Part shown: piece after piece, positions 1 through 8,287 of the stretch | Layout: each line of letters starts with the position of its first letter | Position numbering within the stretch: position 1 is the first letter of the stretch | Origin: an uncultured Acidobacteriota bacterium | Lineage (GTDB): Bacteria > Acidobacteriota > UBA6911 > RPQK01 > JAPXNP01 | Direction: 5' to 3' | NCBI GenBank assembly: GCA_963777605.1 | Contig: CAVZRV010000007.1 | Span: 1-64,000, forward strand | Length of the DNA: 64,000 nt | The notes under the pieces: model-generated | Seen by the model: only the letters and a program-made list of their open reading frames with translations | Told to the model about the DNA's origin: nothing | Databases searched by the model: none | Translations under genes and position numbers: made by a program

Positions 1-1
1 C

Positions 2-409
2 CAAAGACTAGAAGACCAAATAAAAGACTGAGAGGCCACTAACCACCTAAACGCAGACAAGATCAGAAGTAAGCAGAAGGCTATTAAGGAAAATCAGGAG
101 AAGGTTAAGAAATTATTGATTGAGCAGAGAGAGGCTGAGGAGAAGGCAAGGGAGGTAGAGGCAAAGCAAAGAGCAGCTGAGGTTAAGAGGAGAGAGGAGG
201 AAAAGAGATTGAAGGATAAATCTGAGAAGGATGATACAGAGAGGGATGGTTCTGAGGATAGATCAGATAAAAATAAGTCAGATAAAAATAAGTAGATAAG
301 ATGAGAAAAGGAAACTACTCTAGAAAGAGAGAGCAGTGCTAAGAAAACTCCTGGAAAGAGTAAGGGAAAAGTGAATGCTACTAATAGTCCAAGAGACTCT
401 GATAAGTAG
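2..409 (+). CDS. 3' fragment of a eukaryotic (Euplotes-like ciliate) gene, K/E/R-rich coiled coil plus low-complexity tail
   Basis: Frame 2 reads QRLEDQIKD(TGA)EATNHLNADKIRSKQKAIKENQEKVKKLLIEQREAEEKAREVEAKQRAAEVKRREEEKRL...NSPRDSDK-TAG(407-409). In-frame TGA at 29 and 302 and TAG at 293. AT/purine-rich, unlike the rest of the window. Confidence 0.6.
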
Positions 410-427
410 GCACTAACTCAATTAAAT

Positions 428-437
428 CATTTCAGTA
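428..437 (-). other. E-Cbs-like chromosome breakage element (Euplotes consensus HATTGAAaHH)
   Basis: Minus strand reads TACTGAAATG. The core (431-435) lies exactly 17 bp (436-452) from the first telomeric G. Confidence 0.6.
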
Positions 438-452
438 ATTTGTTGTTTAGAA

Positions 453-477
453 GGGGTTTTGGGGTTTTGGGGTTTTG
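453..477 (+). repeat. Spirotrich ciliate telomeric repeat (GGGGTTTT)3G
   Basis: ggggttttggggttttggggttttg is directly visible, with an abrupt switch to GC-rich bacterial DNA at 478. Confidence 0.9.
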
Positions 478-740
478 CGCTCCCAAGGCTACGGCCAACG
501 GCAACCAGCGGCCCGGAGAACCGCCGATGCGGAAGCAGTCGGACGGGAAGCCGAAGGCCACGAACGTTCAACGGGACCGGATGCGGCGCTGGCCTCGCAT
601 ACCGAGGACGAACCATCGTCGGGTTCCTCCTGAGGCACGAATCGGACGCCGACCTGACGACGGACGACGCGGACAAGATCATTCAGCGGGCGGAGATGGC
701 AATCAACAAGGCAAGGGCGAGCGAAGGGCGGGCTGCATAG
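478..740 (+). CDS. C-terminal fragment of a phage protein, possibly an ssDNA-annealing protein tail (frameshifted)
   Basis: Low-complexity linker APKATANGNQRPGE... then, in another frame, DLTTDDADKIIQRAEMAINKARA-stop. Sits upstream of the Gp157/SSB module. Confidence 0.35.
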
Positions 741-980
741 ATGATGGGCGAATTCGTTTGCTTGGTCGAAGACCCGCACTTCACGCCGGTGGAGATGATC
801 CGCCGGGGACGCCGCGAAAGGGCGCATACGGCGCTGAGGCGATGGTGCGAGGAGAACGGGGAGTCCGGGCGGCACTACGTGGTGGTCACGGTCGAGTGCC
901 GTCCGGTGGAAGTGACGGGAACCACGCGGGTCCGCCGAACGGATTGGGACGGGCTGCGTAGATTGGGAGCGGTGGCATGA
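741..980 (+). CDS. Phage hypothetical protein
   Basis: 79-aa ORF tightly packed between neighbours, with an ATGA overlap with the next gene. Confidence 0.5.
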   Translation: MMGEFVCLVEDPHFTPVEMIRRGRRERAHTALRRWCEENGESGRHYVVVTVECRPVEVTGTTRVRRTDWDGLRRLGAVA

Positions 981-1569
981 CGGCAACGGCAATGAAAATG
1001 GCAACCATGAAAGTGAAGGAATCAAAGGCTCCAGTACAGGAGCACCTGTACGAAATCGTGGACGGGCTGCTCGACGTGCAGATGGCCCTGCTGGAGAACT
1101 ACGGCGAACTCACGCCCGAGATCGAGGAGGCGATGGAGCACTTGGAGATGGTGCTGCCCGCGAAGGTGGAGCAGACCTGCCACGTGATCCGGCGCATGGA
1201 GCAGATGGCGGACACGGCCAAGAAGGAGATCGCGCGGATTCAGGACGAGATCGTCAAGCCCCGTGAAAAGGGCGTGGCAAGCCTGAAGTCCTACCTGCTG
1301 GGTCAGTTCAAGCGCCTCAACGAAAAGAAGGTGCAGACGGCCCTGTACACGGTCAACCGGGTGAAGAACAGTCAGGCTTCCGTCCGCTCCATGACAACGA
1401 ACCCGCCCGAACAGTTCAGCCGGGTCGTACCGGCCTCCGTGGAGTTCGACGCCAAGGCGGCGATCGAATACCTGAAGGAGGCCAAGCGGCTTCCCGGGGA
1501 ACCGGGGAATACGAGTTCTTCGATCTCGGGATCGTGGTCACGGTCGGGGAGCACCTGCGGATTAAGTAG
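977..1569 (+). CDS. Siphovirus Gp157-like protein (one frameshift near 1505)
   Basis: LYEI...GELTPEIEE...K.E...IRRME..A...KKEI.R...LKSYL pattern. The C-terminus GEYEFFDLGIVVTVGEHLRIK-TAG is recovered in a shifted frame. Confidence 0.75.
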
Positions 1570-1571
1570 CC

Positions 1572-1844
1572 ATGAACAACGGACAGGATCGGCTTCTCAA
1601 GTTATCGGACGCGGCCAAGCTGAACGGCATCCCAATCCGTCGGCTGCGTCAACTGCGTGGGGAGGGGCTGCCGTTCTATCGGCTCTCGGTACGCGGCCCC
1701 TTCTACGTGATTCAACGGGAACTACTGGACTTCGTACGCCAGCGATTCCAGCGCATCGTGGTGGCGGGGCGAACGGTCAGCCCCGCAGTCCTGGCGGATT
1801 TCAATTCACTTCTTAACGGCAGCAGGAAAGAGGCAACCAGATGA
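1572..1844 (+). CDS. MerR/Xis-type helix-turn-helix protein (putative excisionase)
   Basis: LLKLSDAAKLNGIPIRRLRQLR..GLPFYRL..RGPFYV motif, near an integrase. Confidence 0.65.
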   Translation: MNNGQDRLLKLSDAAKLNGIPIRRLRQLRGEGLPFYRLSVRGPFYVIQRELLDFVRQRFQRIVVAGRTVSPAVLADFNSLLNGSRKEATR

Positions 1845-2334
1845 TCAACAAAGCAATCATTGTCGGATACGTGGGCAGGGACCCGGAGCATCGGTCAACG
1901 AATAACGGGACCTCGGTCTGCAATTTCTCCATGGCCACGACGCGGAAATACAACGACAACGAGGAAACCACGTGGCACAACGTGGTGGCGTGGGGCAAGC
2001 TGGCCGACATTTGCTCGGAGTATCTGACGAAAGGGCAACTGGTCTACGTGGAGGGCCGCATCCAAGTCCGCGATTACGAGGACCGGGACGGCAACCCGCG
2101 CAAGGCGTTCGAGATCGTGGCGGACCAGATGCGGATGCTGGGCGGCGGCAACGGTGGCGGCGGCAACCGTCAGCCGAACAACCGGCAACAGGACAACCGT
2201 CAGCAGAACGGTGGTGGCAACCGTCAGCCGAACAAGCGGCAACAGGACAGCGGCAGCTTCGACTACGGTGACGGAAGCCGTACCCGACGTCGGGCGGCGG
2301 CGGCGGAATCACGGACGATGACATCCCGTTCTAA
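1841..2334 (+). CDS. ssb: Single-stranded DNA-binding protein (frameshift in tail)
   Basis: MINKAIIVGYVGRDPE...WHNVVAWGKLA...KGQLVYVEGRI. The canonical GGGGITDDDIPF-TAA tail is in a shifted frame ending at 2334. The linker has NRQPNNRQQD repeats. Confidence 0.9.
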
Positions 2335-2341
2335 GGCGCGA

Positions 2342-2550
2342 GTGGACCGGATCATTGCTGAGCGGAAGGCGACGGGAAACTGGAGCTATCAAATGGCGGT
2401 GATCGACGAGGTGGAATGGGTCGTCGGCACGGACCCGGCGAACCCTGAAGCCTTCCACGCGATCCGGGTCATCGAACCGGAAGCAGAAACGCGGCCCGCA
2501 CACGTGCGGCGGGCCGCACTACCGAAGCAGAAGGAGTGGGGCGGTGGGTA
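2342..2550 (+). CDS. Small phage hypothetical protein (end uncertain)
   Basis: GTG-start reading VDRIIAERKATGNWSYQMAVIDEVEWVVG..., lying between ssb and the integrase. Confidence 0.35.
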
Positions 2551-3670
2551 TCGTAATCAAGGAGAGGTTCCCGGGGAAGTGGTACGTCAACATCAACTGG
2601 AAGGGCCAGCGCCGCAGCAAAGCCTTTTCGACGCAGGCGGAGGCTCACCAGTACGCGGAGCAGATGACGGCATTGATGCTCCTGGAAAAAGACGGCACAC
2701 TCGCCCGGCTGGCCGATCAGGCCGAGGGCGCGCCGCCGCTTAGAGAGTTCGCAGCCCGGTGGCTGGAGGAACGCAAGCCGACACTTGCTCGGAAAAACGT
2801 ACGTCTTACTGTTAAGCGATCTCCGGCTGCACATACTGCCGGTCCTTGGCTCGCATCCCCATCGACGAGTCTTCGGTACGCCGACATGAAGCGGCTGGCA
2901 ATCCCAAGTCAAAGTCGGGGCTGCGGAAAGACAGCGGTACGGCGTCGTCTTCGCGATCCTGTCCGCCATGCTGTCCGAGGCCGTCAACGAGGGCCTCATC
3001 CCGGCGAACCCGGTGCAGACCAGAACCTTGAGCCGCTACTACAGCGGCAAGACCCGCCGGGAAGAGAGCCGGAGATGATTCCCTTCACGCTCAAGAACTC
3101 CACCACCTCGAAGCAATCGCACGATCCAGTTCTCACGGTGGTCGCCGCTCATCGTTCTGATGGTCCTGGCCGAACCGGCATGAGATGGGGCGAGGCCACG
3201 GCCCTGCGTTGGGAGGACTTTGATTGGGACCGGCGTCAAGCGCGGGTCATGCGGGCGCGCGCCTGCTCACGCGACGGCGTGAAGCGCACTAAGACGCAGG
3301 GTTCCGTCCGGGCCGTGGACCTATCGGCCGAACTGGTCGAGGCCCTTCAGGCGCACCGCGCCGCACAGCGCCGCAAGACGCCGTGGGTCTTTGTGACCAA
3401 GAAGGGTCGGCTGGTGGCCCTGCGGCCACTTCCAGGTGATCTGGAGGCGGCTGCTCAGGACGGCGGAACTGAAGTACCGGAACCCGCACAATCTGCGGCA
3501 CACGTTCGCGTCCATCCTGCTCTTCGATGGGAGAGCCGATCCTGTACGTGAGCCGCCAACTGGGCCACTCCTCCCCGAACGTCACGCTCCGGGTCTACTC
3601 GCGCTGGATCCCCTCGGAGGACGCCCGTCCCGGGTCGCCGCCTCGACCGGTCCGCAACAGAAGCAGGTGA
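2544..3670 (+). CDS. int: Tyrosine recombinase/phage integrase (several frameshifts)
   Basis: N-terminal arm-binding region KWYVNINWKGQRRSKAF. Catalytic motifs TGMRWGEATAL, KRTKT, HNLRHTFAS and LGHSSPNVTLRVY are spread over three frames. Confidence 0.9.
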
Positions 3671-3721
3671 AAAAGAGGTGAAAACTGCAACAAACACGCA
3701 ACAAGGGGCGTCAGAAGCAGG
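3654..3721 (+). repeat. Short direct repeats, candidate integrase arm-type sites
   Basis: GCAACA x3 (3654, 3687, 3698), AGGTGAAAA x2 (3665, 3676), CAGAAGCAGG x2 (3658, 3712). Confidence 0.5.
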
Positions 3722-3777
3722 GGAAAATGAGGCTTGTGTTCATTCTCAATGCACTGTAAAACAGAGACTTACTGGCT

Positions 3778-3810
3778 TGGAGCCGGAAGGCGAGTAGTTC
3801 TAACCGCCAA
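3778..3810 (-). other. att-like junction resembling a tRNA T-arm plus acceptor 3' strand and CCA, overlapping the radC stop
   Basis: Minus strand: TT GGCGG TTAGAACTAC TCGCC TTCCGGC T CCA. Confidence 0.5.
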
Positions 3811-4429
3811 TAATAACATGGTCCAAAACCCTGATTCCCACGACCTTCCCGGTCTCCACCAGGCGCCGGGTGATCTGGATATCCTCCTGGCTGGGCTCGG
3901 GAGCTCCACTGGGGTGATTGTGAACGAAAAGGATGCCGGCTGCCGCTTCCTGGATCGCCGGCCGGAAGACTTCCCTGGGGTGGACGATGGAGCGGGTCAG
4001 GCATCCCTCGGAAACTCGCAGGATCCGAACGATACGGTTTTTACCGTCAAGCAGAATCGCCCAGAAACACTCCTTCCGGAGATCCTCGACGGCAGGCCGA
4101 AAATAGCTAAAGACCTCGGCACTGGACCGGAACGACCGATCGGGGGGCAGCGTCTTCCTCCGCCCCCGCTTCAGGATTTCCCGAGCTGCGAGAAACGCCA
4201 GCGCCCGCCGGTGCCCGAAGCCCAGGCTGCGCAGCTCCGGGTAGCTGAGTCGAGTCATCTGGTGAATCGACCTGAGCCGGCCAACGATAGCGTGGGCCGA
4301 CTTGCGGGCCCGACCCTCGGACTGCCCCGGAGCGAGGAGGAGTCCCACCAGGTCGGTCTCGCCCATTTCTCCCCAATCAGACGACAGGAGCGTTCGCTCA
4401 AAGCTGGTTTCGTTGAGATCATCTTCCAT
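3800..4429 (-). CDS. radC: RadC/YicR JAB-domain protein, C-terminus apparently clipped
   Basis: VHPREVFRPAI...ILFVHNHPSGAPEPSQEDIQITRRL...LDHVIIGG-stop. Confidence 0.9.
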   Translation of the reverse strand: MEDDLNETSFERTLLSSDWGEMGETDLVGLLLAPGQSEGRARKSAHAIVGRLRSIHQMTRLSYPELRSLGFGHRRALAFLAAREILKRGRRKTLPPDRSFRSSAEVFSYFRPAVEDLRKECFWAILLDGKNRIVRILRVSEGCLTRSIVHPREVFRPAIQEAAAGILFVHNHPSGAPEPSQEDIQITRRLVETGKVVGIRVLDHVIIGG

Positions 4430-4456
4430 CTTGTCTAGTAATTACGTCCGTGGCGA

Positions 4457-5524
4457 CTAATGTTGCGGGCCACGGTCTGGCGCGGCGGAAGTCCCACCCC
4501 GACAATCGAGAATCAGTGAGAAGAAGTCGATCACTCGGTTCTCCGACCAAATGCGGTCGGAATCGATTCGGGAATCCTCAATGAAGCCAACGTGCCCGCC
4601 GCACTCAGTGAGCACTACGTTAAACCAGGGGTTCTCCCGCATCTCGCTGCGGTTCAGAGGCTCCCAGGGCAGGAAGGGATCATCACAAGAGTGGATCGCC
4701 AGGGTGGGCACCCGGATAAGGCCAACGACGGGGGCGGCACTGGCAGACGCATAGTAGTCTTCGGCGTCCCGGTATCCCCCCATCGGAACGGTCACAGTTT
4801 CATCGTACCGACGGATGGTCCGGATCCCGGCGAGCGACTCAAAGTCCACCTGGGACTCCCAACCCAGACGATGTTCCAGGGTCAAGCGCTTGAGGCGTCG
4901 CAGATAATGGGAACGATAGAGCCAGTTCGACGGTTTCTCTATGGCTTGCCAACTGATATTCAGGTCCACCAGAGGCGAGATGACGGCTGCGCCGAGTAGC
5001 CAGTCCGGCGTGGCCTCTCCCCAATCACCGAGGGCCTTGAGGACGATATTCCCGCCCATCGACACCCCGACGATGAACATGTCTCCAAGAGTCCCGGAGG
5101 ATCTCAGGCACTCCAGTGCTTCCACCAATTGAGGAGCACACCCGGCATCAAACAAGCGGGGGGTCTCACGCGTCCCGTTGCGGTCGTAGAGATTGAACAG
5201 AAGCGCATTCCAACCGCGTTTCATTGCCTTTCGGGAGAAGGCGACCATGTAGTCCGACTTGCTCGATCCCGACATGCCATGAACGGCGACCAGCGTTGGA
5301 GCCGATGAATCGATCTCGAATCGGCAGACCTCGATGCGCGCACCGTCACCGAGAATGACCGAGTCACCGGGGCCCTGCCCGGCAATCGGCGGGAACTTGC
5401 GGTGCTGCTTTGCCCCTACGATGGTCTGCAGGTGGGCATTCTTCAACCATCGGTGAGGTCGGAAGGGACGGGACTCGATCACGGCCTGCCAACGAGCAGC
5501 CAGCCTGGAGTGATCCGCCGTCAT
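4457..5524 (-). CDS. YheT/ABHD1-3-like alpha/beta hydrolase
   Basis: NAHLQT, VHGMSGSS, GVSMGG nucleophile elbow, DDPF, GGHVGF. Confidence 0.85.
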   Translation of the reverse strand: MTADHSRLAARWQAVIESRPFRPHRWLKNAHLQTIVGAKQHRKFPPIAGQGPGDSVILGDGARIEVCRFEIDSSAPTLVAVHGMSGSSKSDYMVAFSRKAMKRGWNALLFNLYDRNGTRETPRLFDAGCAPQLVEALECLRSSGTLGDMFIVGVSMGGNIVLKALGDWGEATPDWLLGAAVISPLVDLNISWQAIEKPSNWLYRSHYLRRLKRLTLEHRLGWESQVDFESLAGIRTIRRYDETVTVPMGGYRDAEDYYASASAAPVVGLIRVPTLAIHSCDDPFLPWEPLNRSEMRENPWFNVVLTECGGHVGFIEDSRIDSDRIWSENRVIDFFSLILDCRGGTSAAPDRGPQH

Positions 5525-5889
5525 GACCGCAACCGATGAACCAGGCGGCTGGCCATCACCACCAGGAGGACCCCCACGGCAGCGCCTACCGCATCGGCAG
5601 TCAGGTCACTCAGGCTGGGATCACGACCCGGGATGAACGACTGGTGAAACTCATCCAGCGCTCCATAGAGCACAGCGAACAGCCAGCAGGCGAGCCACTG
5701 ATTCCTGGAAAGAACGCCCCGGAGGCCACCGCTCATCCCCCAGGCAATAGCCGCACCAAGGATCAGGTAGCCACATCCGTGGAGAATGTAATCGGGGCCG
5801 AGGTCGGCGCCGGGCGGACTTGTCTGGTTTGACAGGTAGAAAATCAAACCAGCCTGGATAACAGCGGGAAGCCAGTGAACGAGACGCAT
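5521..5889 (-). CDS. VanZ-family membrane protein
   Basis: WLPAV...IFYLS...H..GY..LG...YGALDEFHQSFIPGRDPSLSDLTADAVG. Start reassigned to ATG 5889. Confidence 0.85.
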   Translation of the reverse strand: MRLVHWLPAVIQAGLIFYLSNQTSPPGADLGPDYILHGCGYLILGAAIAWGMSGGLRGVLSRNQWLACWLFAVLYGALDEFHQSFIPGRDPSLSDLTADAVGAAVGVLLVVMASRLVHRLRS

Positions 5890-6059
5890 CAGACGGGAAG
5901 AAAGTACATCACCCACGCCACTACAAGGGAACCAACAACCATGTAGCCCAGCAGCAGGAAAAAGTGACGGATCTGCTCTTTGGCCTCGTCCCGGTTCAAG
6001 AGGCTGAAGACCGCAGAGATCATGATTGATATGACGATCAGTCCGATGAAGTGATTCAC
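5889..6059 (-). CDS. 56-aa two-TM small protein (not in ORF track)
   Basis: MNHFIGLIVISIMISAVFSLLNRDEAKEQIRHFFLLLGYMVVGSLVVAWVMYFLPV. Translationally coupled on both sides (GTGA and TGATG overlaps). Confidence 0.75.
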   Translation of the reverse strand: MNHFIGLIVISIMISAVFSLLNRDEAKEQIRHFFLLLGYMVVGSLVVAWVMYFLPV

Positions 6060-6418
6060 TGCCTTCGTCCCTGGGAAATGTCGAATGCATCGAGGACCAA
6101 CAGCATGTTCATCAACCCGGCCGTGTACAGATATGTGTTCCCGTACTCATAGCCCAAGGCACGGATGTTTCCCTGCCCCCATCCCAGGATTTTCCCAACC
6201 AGGTAGGGGATTCCGATGGCCGCATCCGCGAAGAAGCGCAGGATTCCGAAGAAACCGGATTCCATGCTGAACAGACGCCCGTTCATGTAAAGGCCCAAGG
6301 AAAAGAGGACCAGGACCGCGGCAAAAAACAACCCCGCTCTTTTCCACTTCCCGAGCAAGAAATGGCCTCCGCCCGGGACAAGCCACGCTATCAGACAGGC
6401 TAATGCCGTTCTGGTCAT
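6056..6418 (-). CDS. DUF6677-like membrane protein
   Basis: AWLVPGGGHFLLGK...EYGNTYLYTAGLMNMLLVLDAFD. Start at MTRTAL. Confidence 0.7.
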   Translation of the reverse strand: MTRTALACLIAWLVPGGGHFLLGKWKRAGLFFAAVLVLFSLGLYMNGRLFSMESGFFGILRFFADAAIGIPYLVGKILGWGQGNIRALGYEYGNTYLYTAGLMNMLLVLDAFDISQGRRQ

Positions 6419-6426
6419 GTGTGTCG

Positions 6427-6456
6427 ATAATATGAATTCCACGTCGTCAAGGTCAA
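6427..6456 (-). promoter_or_regulatory. Sigma70-like promoter, probably leaderless
   Basis: TTGACC-N18-TATTAT, then 8 nt to the ATG. Confidence 0.5.
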
Positions 6457-6669
6457 GCAAAGTCCCCTTGCGATTCCGGCCTTTGCGCCCGTACGGCGGG
6501 GTCCGGGCGGGAACCAGCGAACCGCTGATTATGCCGCATGTTATGATTTGCTCGACGCGAACGATAGAACATTCGATCTCGTCCTGCGCTTTCCCGGGAG
6601 GGTGATCGTCGAGAGCGGACCCACCGCCTGACAATGAGAAGAAGGATCCTTTGAAAGGGTGAGATTGTC

Positions 6670-8259
6670 ATGACCAAGATCCTCATCAGTGACGCCATGT
6701 CGGAAGAGGGAGTGAACTACCTGCAAAGCCGCGGTTCGTTTGAAGTTCTGAACCTACCCGGCCTGCCTCCGACAGAGCTGCTCGATCGCATTCAGGATGC
6801 CGATGCTCTGATCGTGCGGAGCAAGACGAAGGTCACTCCGGAGGTCATCGCGGCGGCGCGGCGACTTCGGGTAGTGGGCCGTGCCGGCGCGGGCGTCGAC
6901 AACATCGACCTGGACGCCGCGACGCGACGGGGAATCGTGGTCATGAACACTCCCGGTGGAAACTCGGTCAGCGCCGGTGAGCATGCCTTCGCCCTTCTGA
7001 TGGCGCTCGCTCGCAAGATCCCCTTTGCCCACAGTTCGCTTCAGACCGGGAAGTGGAACAAGTCCGCCTTCACCGGCCGCGAACTCCAGGGCAAGACTCT
7101 TGGCGTCCTCGGCCTGGGCAAGATCGGTTCGGTCGTGGCCCGGCGGGCGTCCGGTTTCGAAATGAAGGTGCTCGCGTTCGATCCCTTTGTGACCGAAGCT
7201 TTCGCGGCCGACCTGGGCGTGGAACTGGTCCCTCTCGAACAAGTTTTTGCCGAATCCGATTTTCTGACTCTTCACCTGCCGGCAAACGAGAAAACGCGCC
7301 GCCTGATCCGGAAGGAATCGATTGCGCAAATGAAGGACAGCGCCCTGATCGTAAATGCTGCCCGCGGAGCGCTGATCGATGAAGGTGACCTGGTCGAGGC
7401 ACTCGAAAGCGGCAAGCTGGGTGGCGCGGCACTGGATGTCTTTGAGAACGAACCCAACGTCAGTGAACGCCTTCGCCAGGCCCCCAACGTCATCCTGACA
7501 CCCCACATCGCCGGCTCGACGGAGGAAGCCCAGGCCAAGGTGGGTTACGACATCGCGGTGCAGATCGCCAACTACCTCGAAAGCGAGGTTATCGTCAATG
7601 CCGTCAACTTCCCCTCGGTGACGCCAAAGGAACTGGTCGCACTTGAGCCCTACATTCGGCTGGGAGAGAAGCTCGGCACAATAATTGGACAGATCTGTCA
7701 GATCAGGGTCTCGGAAATCGGGATTCGTTATTACGGCGACATCGCGCAAGTCAACTACAAGCCTCTCACCAACTACATTCTGAAGTCGCTTCTCAAGCCG
7801 AGTCTCTCCGAGTCGATCAATCAGGTGAATGCCCGCAAGCTGGCGATTGAGAGAGGCATTCAGGTGATCGAGACCGTCAGTTCCCGCGAGCGCAGCTATT
7901 CCAACCTGATCAGCATTCAGCTCCGGGGCCAGGATGCCGCCGAGTGGATCGAGGGCACCGTCCTGAGAAAGGGCGACCTGAGACTGGTCTCCATCGACGG
8001 GATTCCCGCCGAAACCCAACTGGGCAAGCACCTCCTGTTTATCCGAAACGAGGACAAACCGGGCGTGATCGGGAACCTGGGAACACTCCTGGGGGACGCC
8101 GGAGTCAACATCGCCTCGTTTGTCCTGGGCCGGGGTTCGGAGCACAACCACGCCGTCGGCGTCGTCAACACAGACGGCCCGGTGCCGGAAGAGGTCATGG
8201 AAAAGCTTCGGGGCCTGGCTCCGATTCGTTTTGCCCAGCTGATCACTTTCGACGACTGA
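6670..8259 (+). CDS. serA: D-3-phosphoglycerate dehydrogenase (with ACT domain)
   Basis: GRAGAGVDNID, GLGKIG, NAARG, LTPHIAGSTEEAQ and a C-terminal ACT domain (DKPGVIG). Confidence 0.95.
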   Translation: MTKILISDAMSEEGVNYLQSRGSFEVLNLPGLPPTELLDRIQDADALIVRSKTKVTPEVIAAARRLRVVGRAGAGVDNIDLDAATRRGIVVMNTPGGNSVSAGEHAFALLMALARKIPFAHSSLQTGKWNKSAFTGRELQGKTLGVLGLGKIGSVVARRASGFEMKVLAFDPFVTEAFAADLGVELVPLEQVFAESDFLTLHLPANEKTRRLIRKESIAQMKDSALIVNAARGALIDEGDLVEALESGKLGGAALDVFENEPNVSERLRQAPNVILTPHIAGSTEEAQAKVGYDIAVQIANYLESEVIVNAVNFPSVTPKELVALEPYIRLGEKLGTIIGQICQIRVSEIGIRYYGDIAQVNYKPLTNYILKSLLKPSLSESINQVNARKLAIERGIQVIETVSSRERSYSNLISIQLRGQDAAEWIEGTVLRKGDLRLVSIDGIPAETQLGKHLLFIRNEDKPGVIGNLGTLLGDAGVNIASFVLGRGSEHNHAVGVVNTDGPVPEEVMEKLRGLAPIRFAQLITFDD

Positions 8260-8287
8260 ATGAACCTTTCTTCGCCAATCGGAAGGG

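Larger units (their letters stand above)
478..3792 (+). mobile_element. Integrase-proximal end of a prophage/integrative element
   Basis: Co-oriented Gp157-like, HTH, SSB and tyrosine integrase genes followed by direct repeats and an att-like sequence. Confidence 0.8.

Noticed and set aside
453-477. G4T4 tract as a bacterial/phage telomere or G-quadruplex regulator
   Set aside because: It has only three G-runs, is internal, and its flank has ciliate subtelomere hallmarks.
422-961. ORFs 422-682, 440-961 and 459-740 that cross the G4T4 repeat
   Set aside because: They span the junction of unrelated DNAs. The GFGVLGF and PQNPKTP segments are just translated telomere.
2150-2250. Tandem repeats in the ssb linker as a CRISPR or repeat array
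   Set aside because: These are in-frame codon repeats (NRQPNNRQQD) with no spacers and no cas genes.
1490-3560. Programmed frameshifting in the Gp157, ssb and int genes
   Set aside because: There are too many scattered indels with no slippery heptamers, a pattern that fits sequencing error.
3778-3860. Full tRNA gene
   Set aside because: Only a 3' fragment resembles tRNA. There is no anticodon or D arm, and the rest is radC coding sequence.
6480-6660. ZTP or glycine riboswitch upstream of serA
   Set aside because: The conserved core motifs could not be found, so it is kept only as a generic structured leader.
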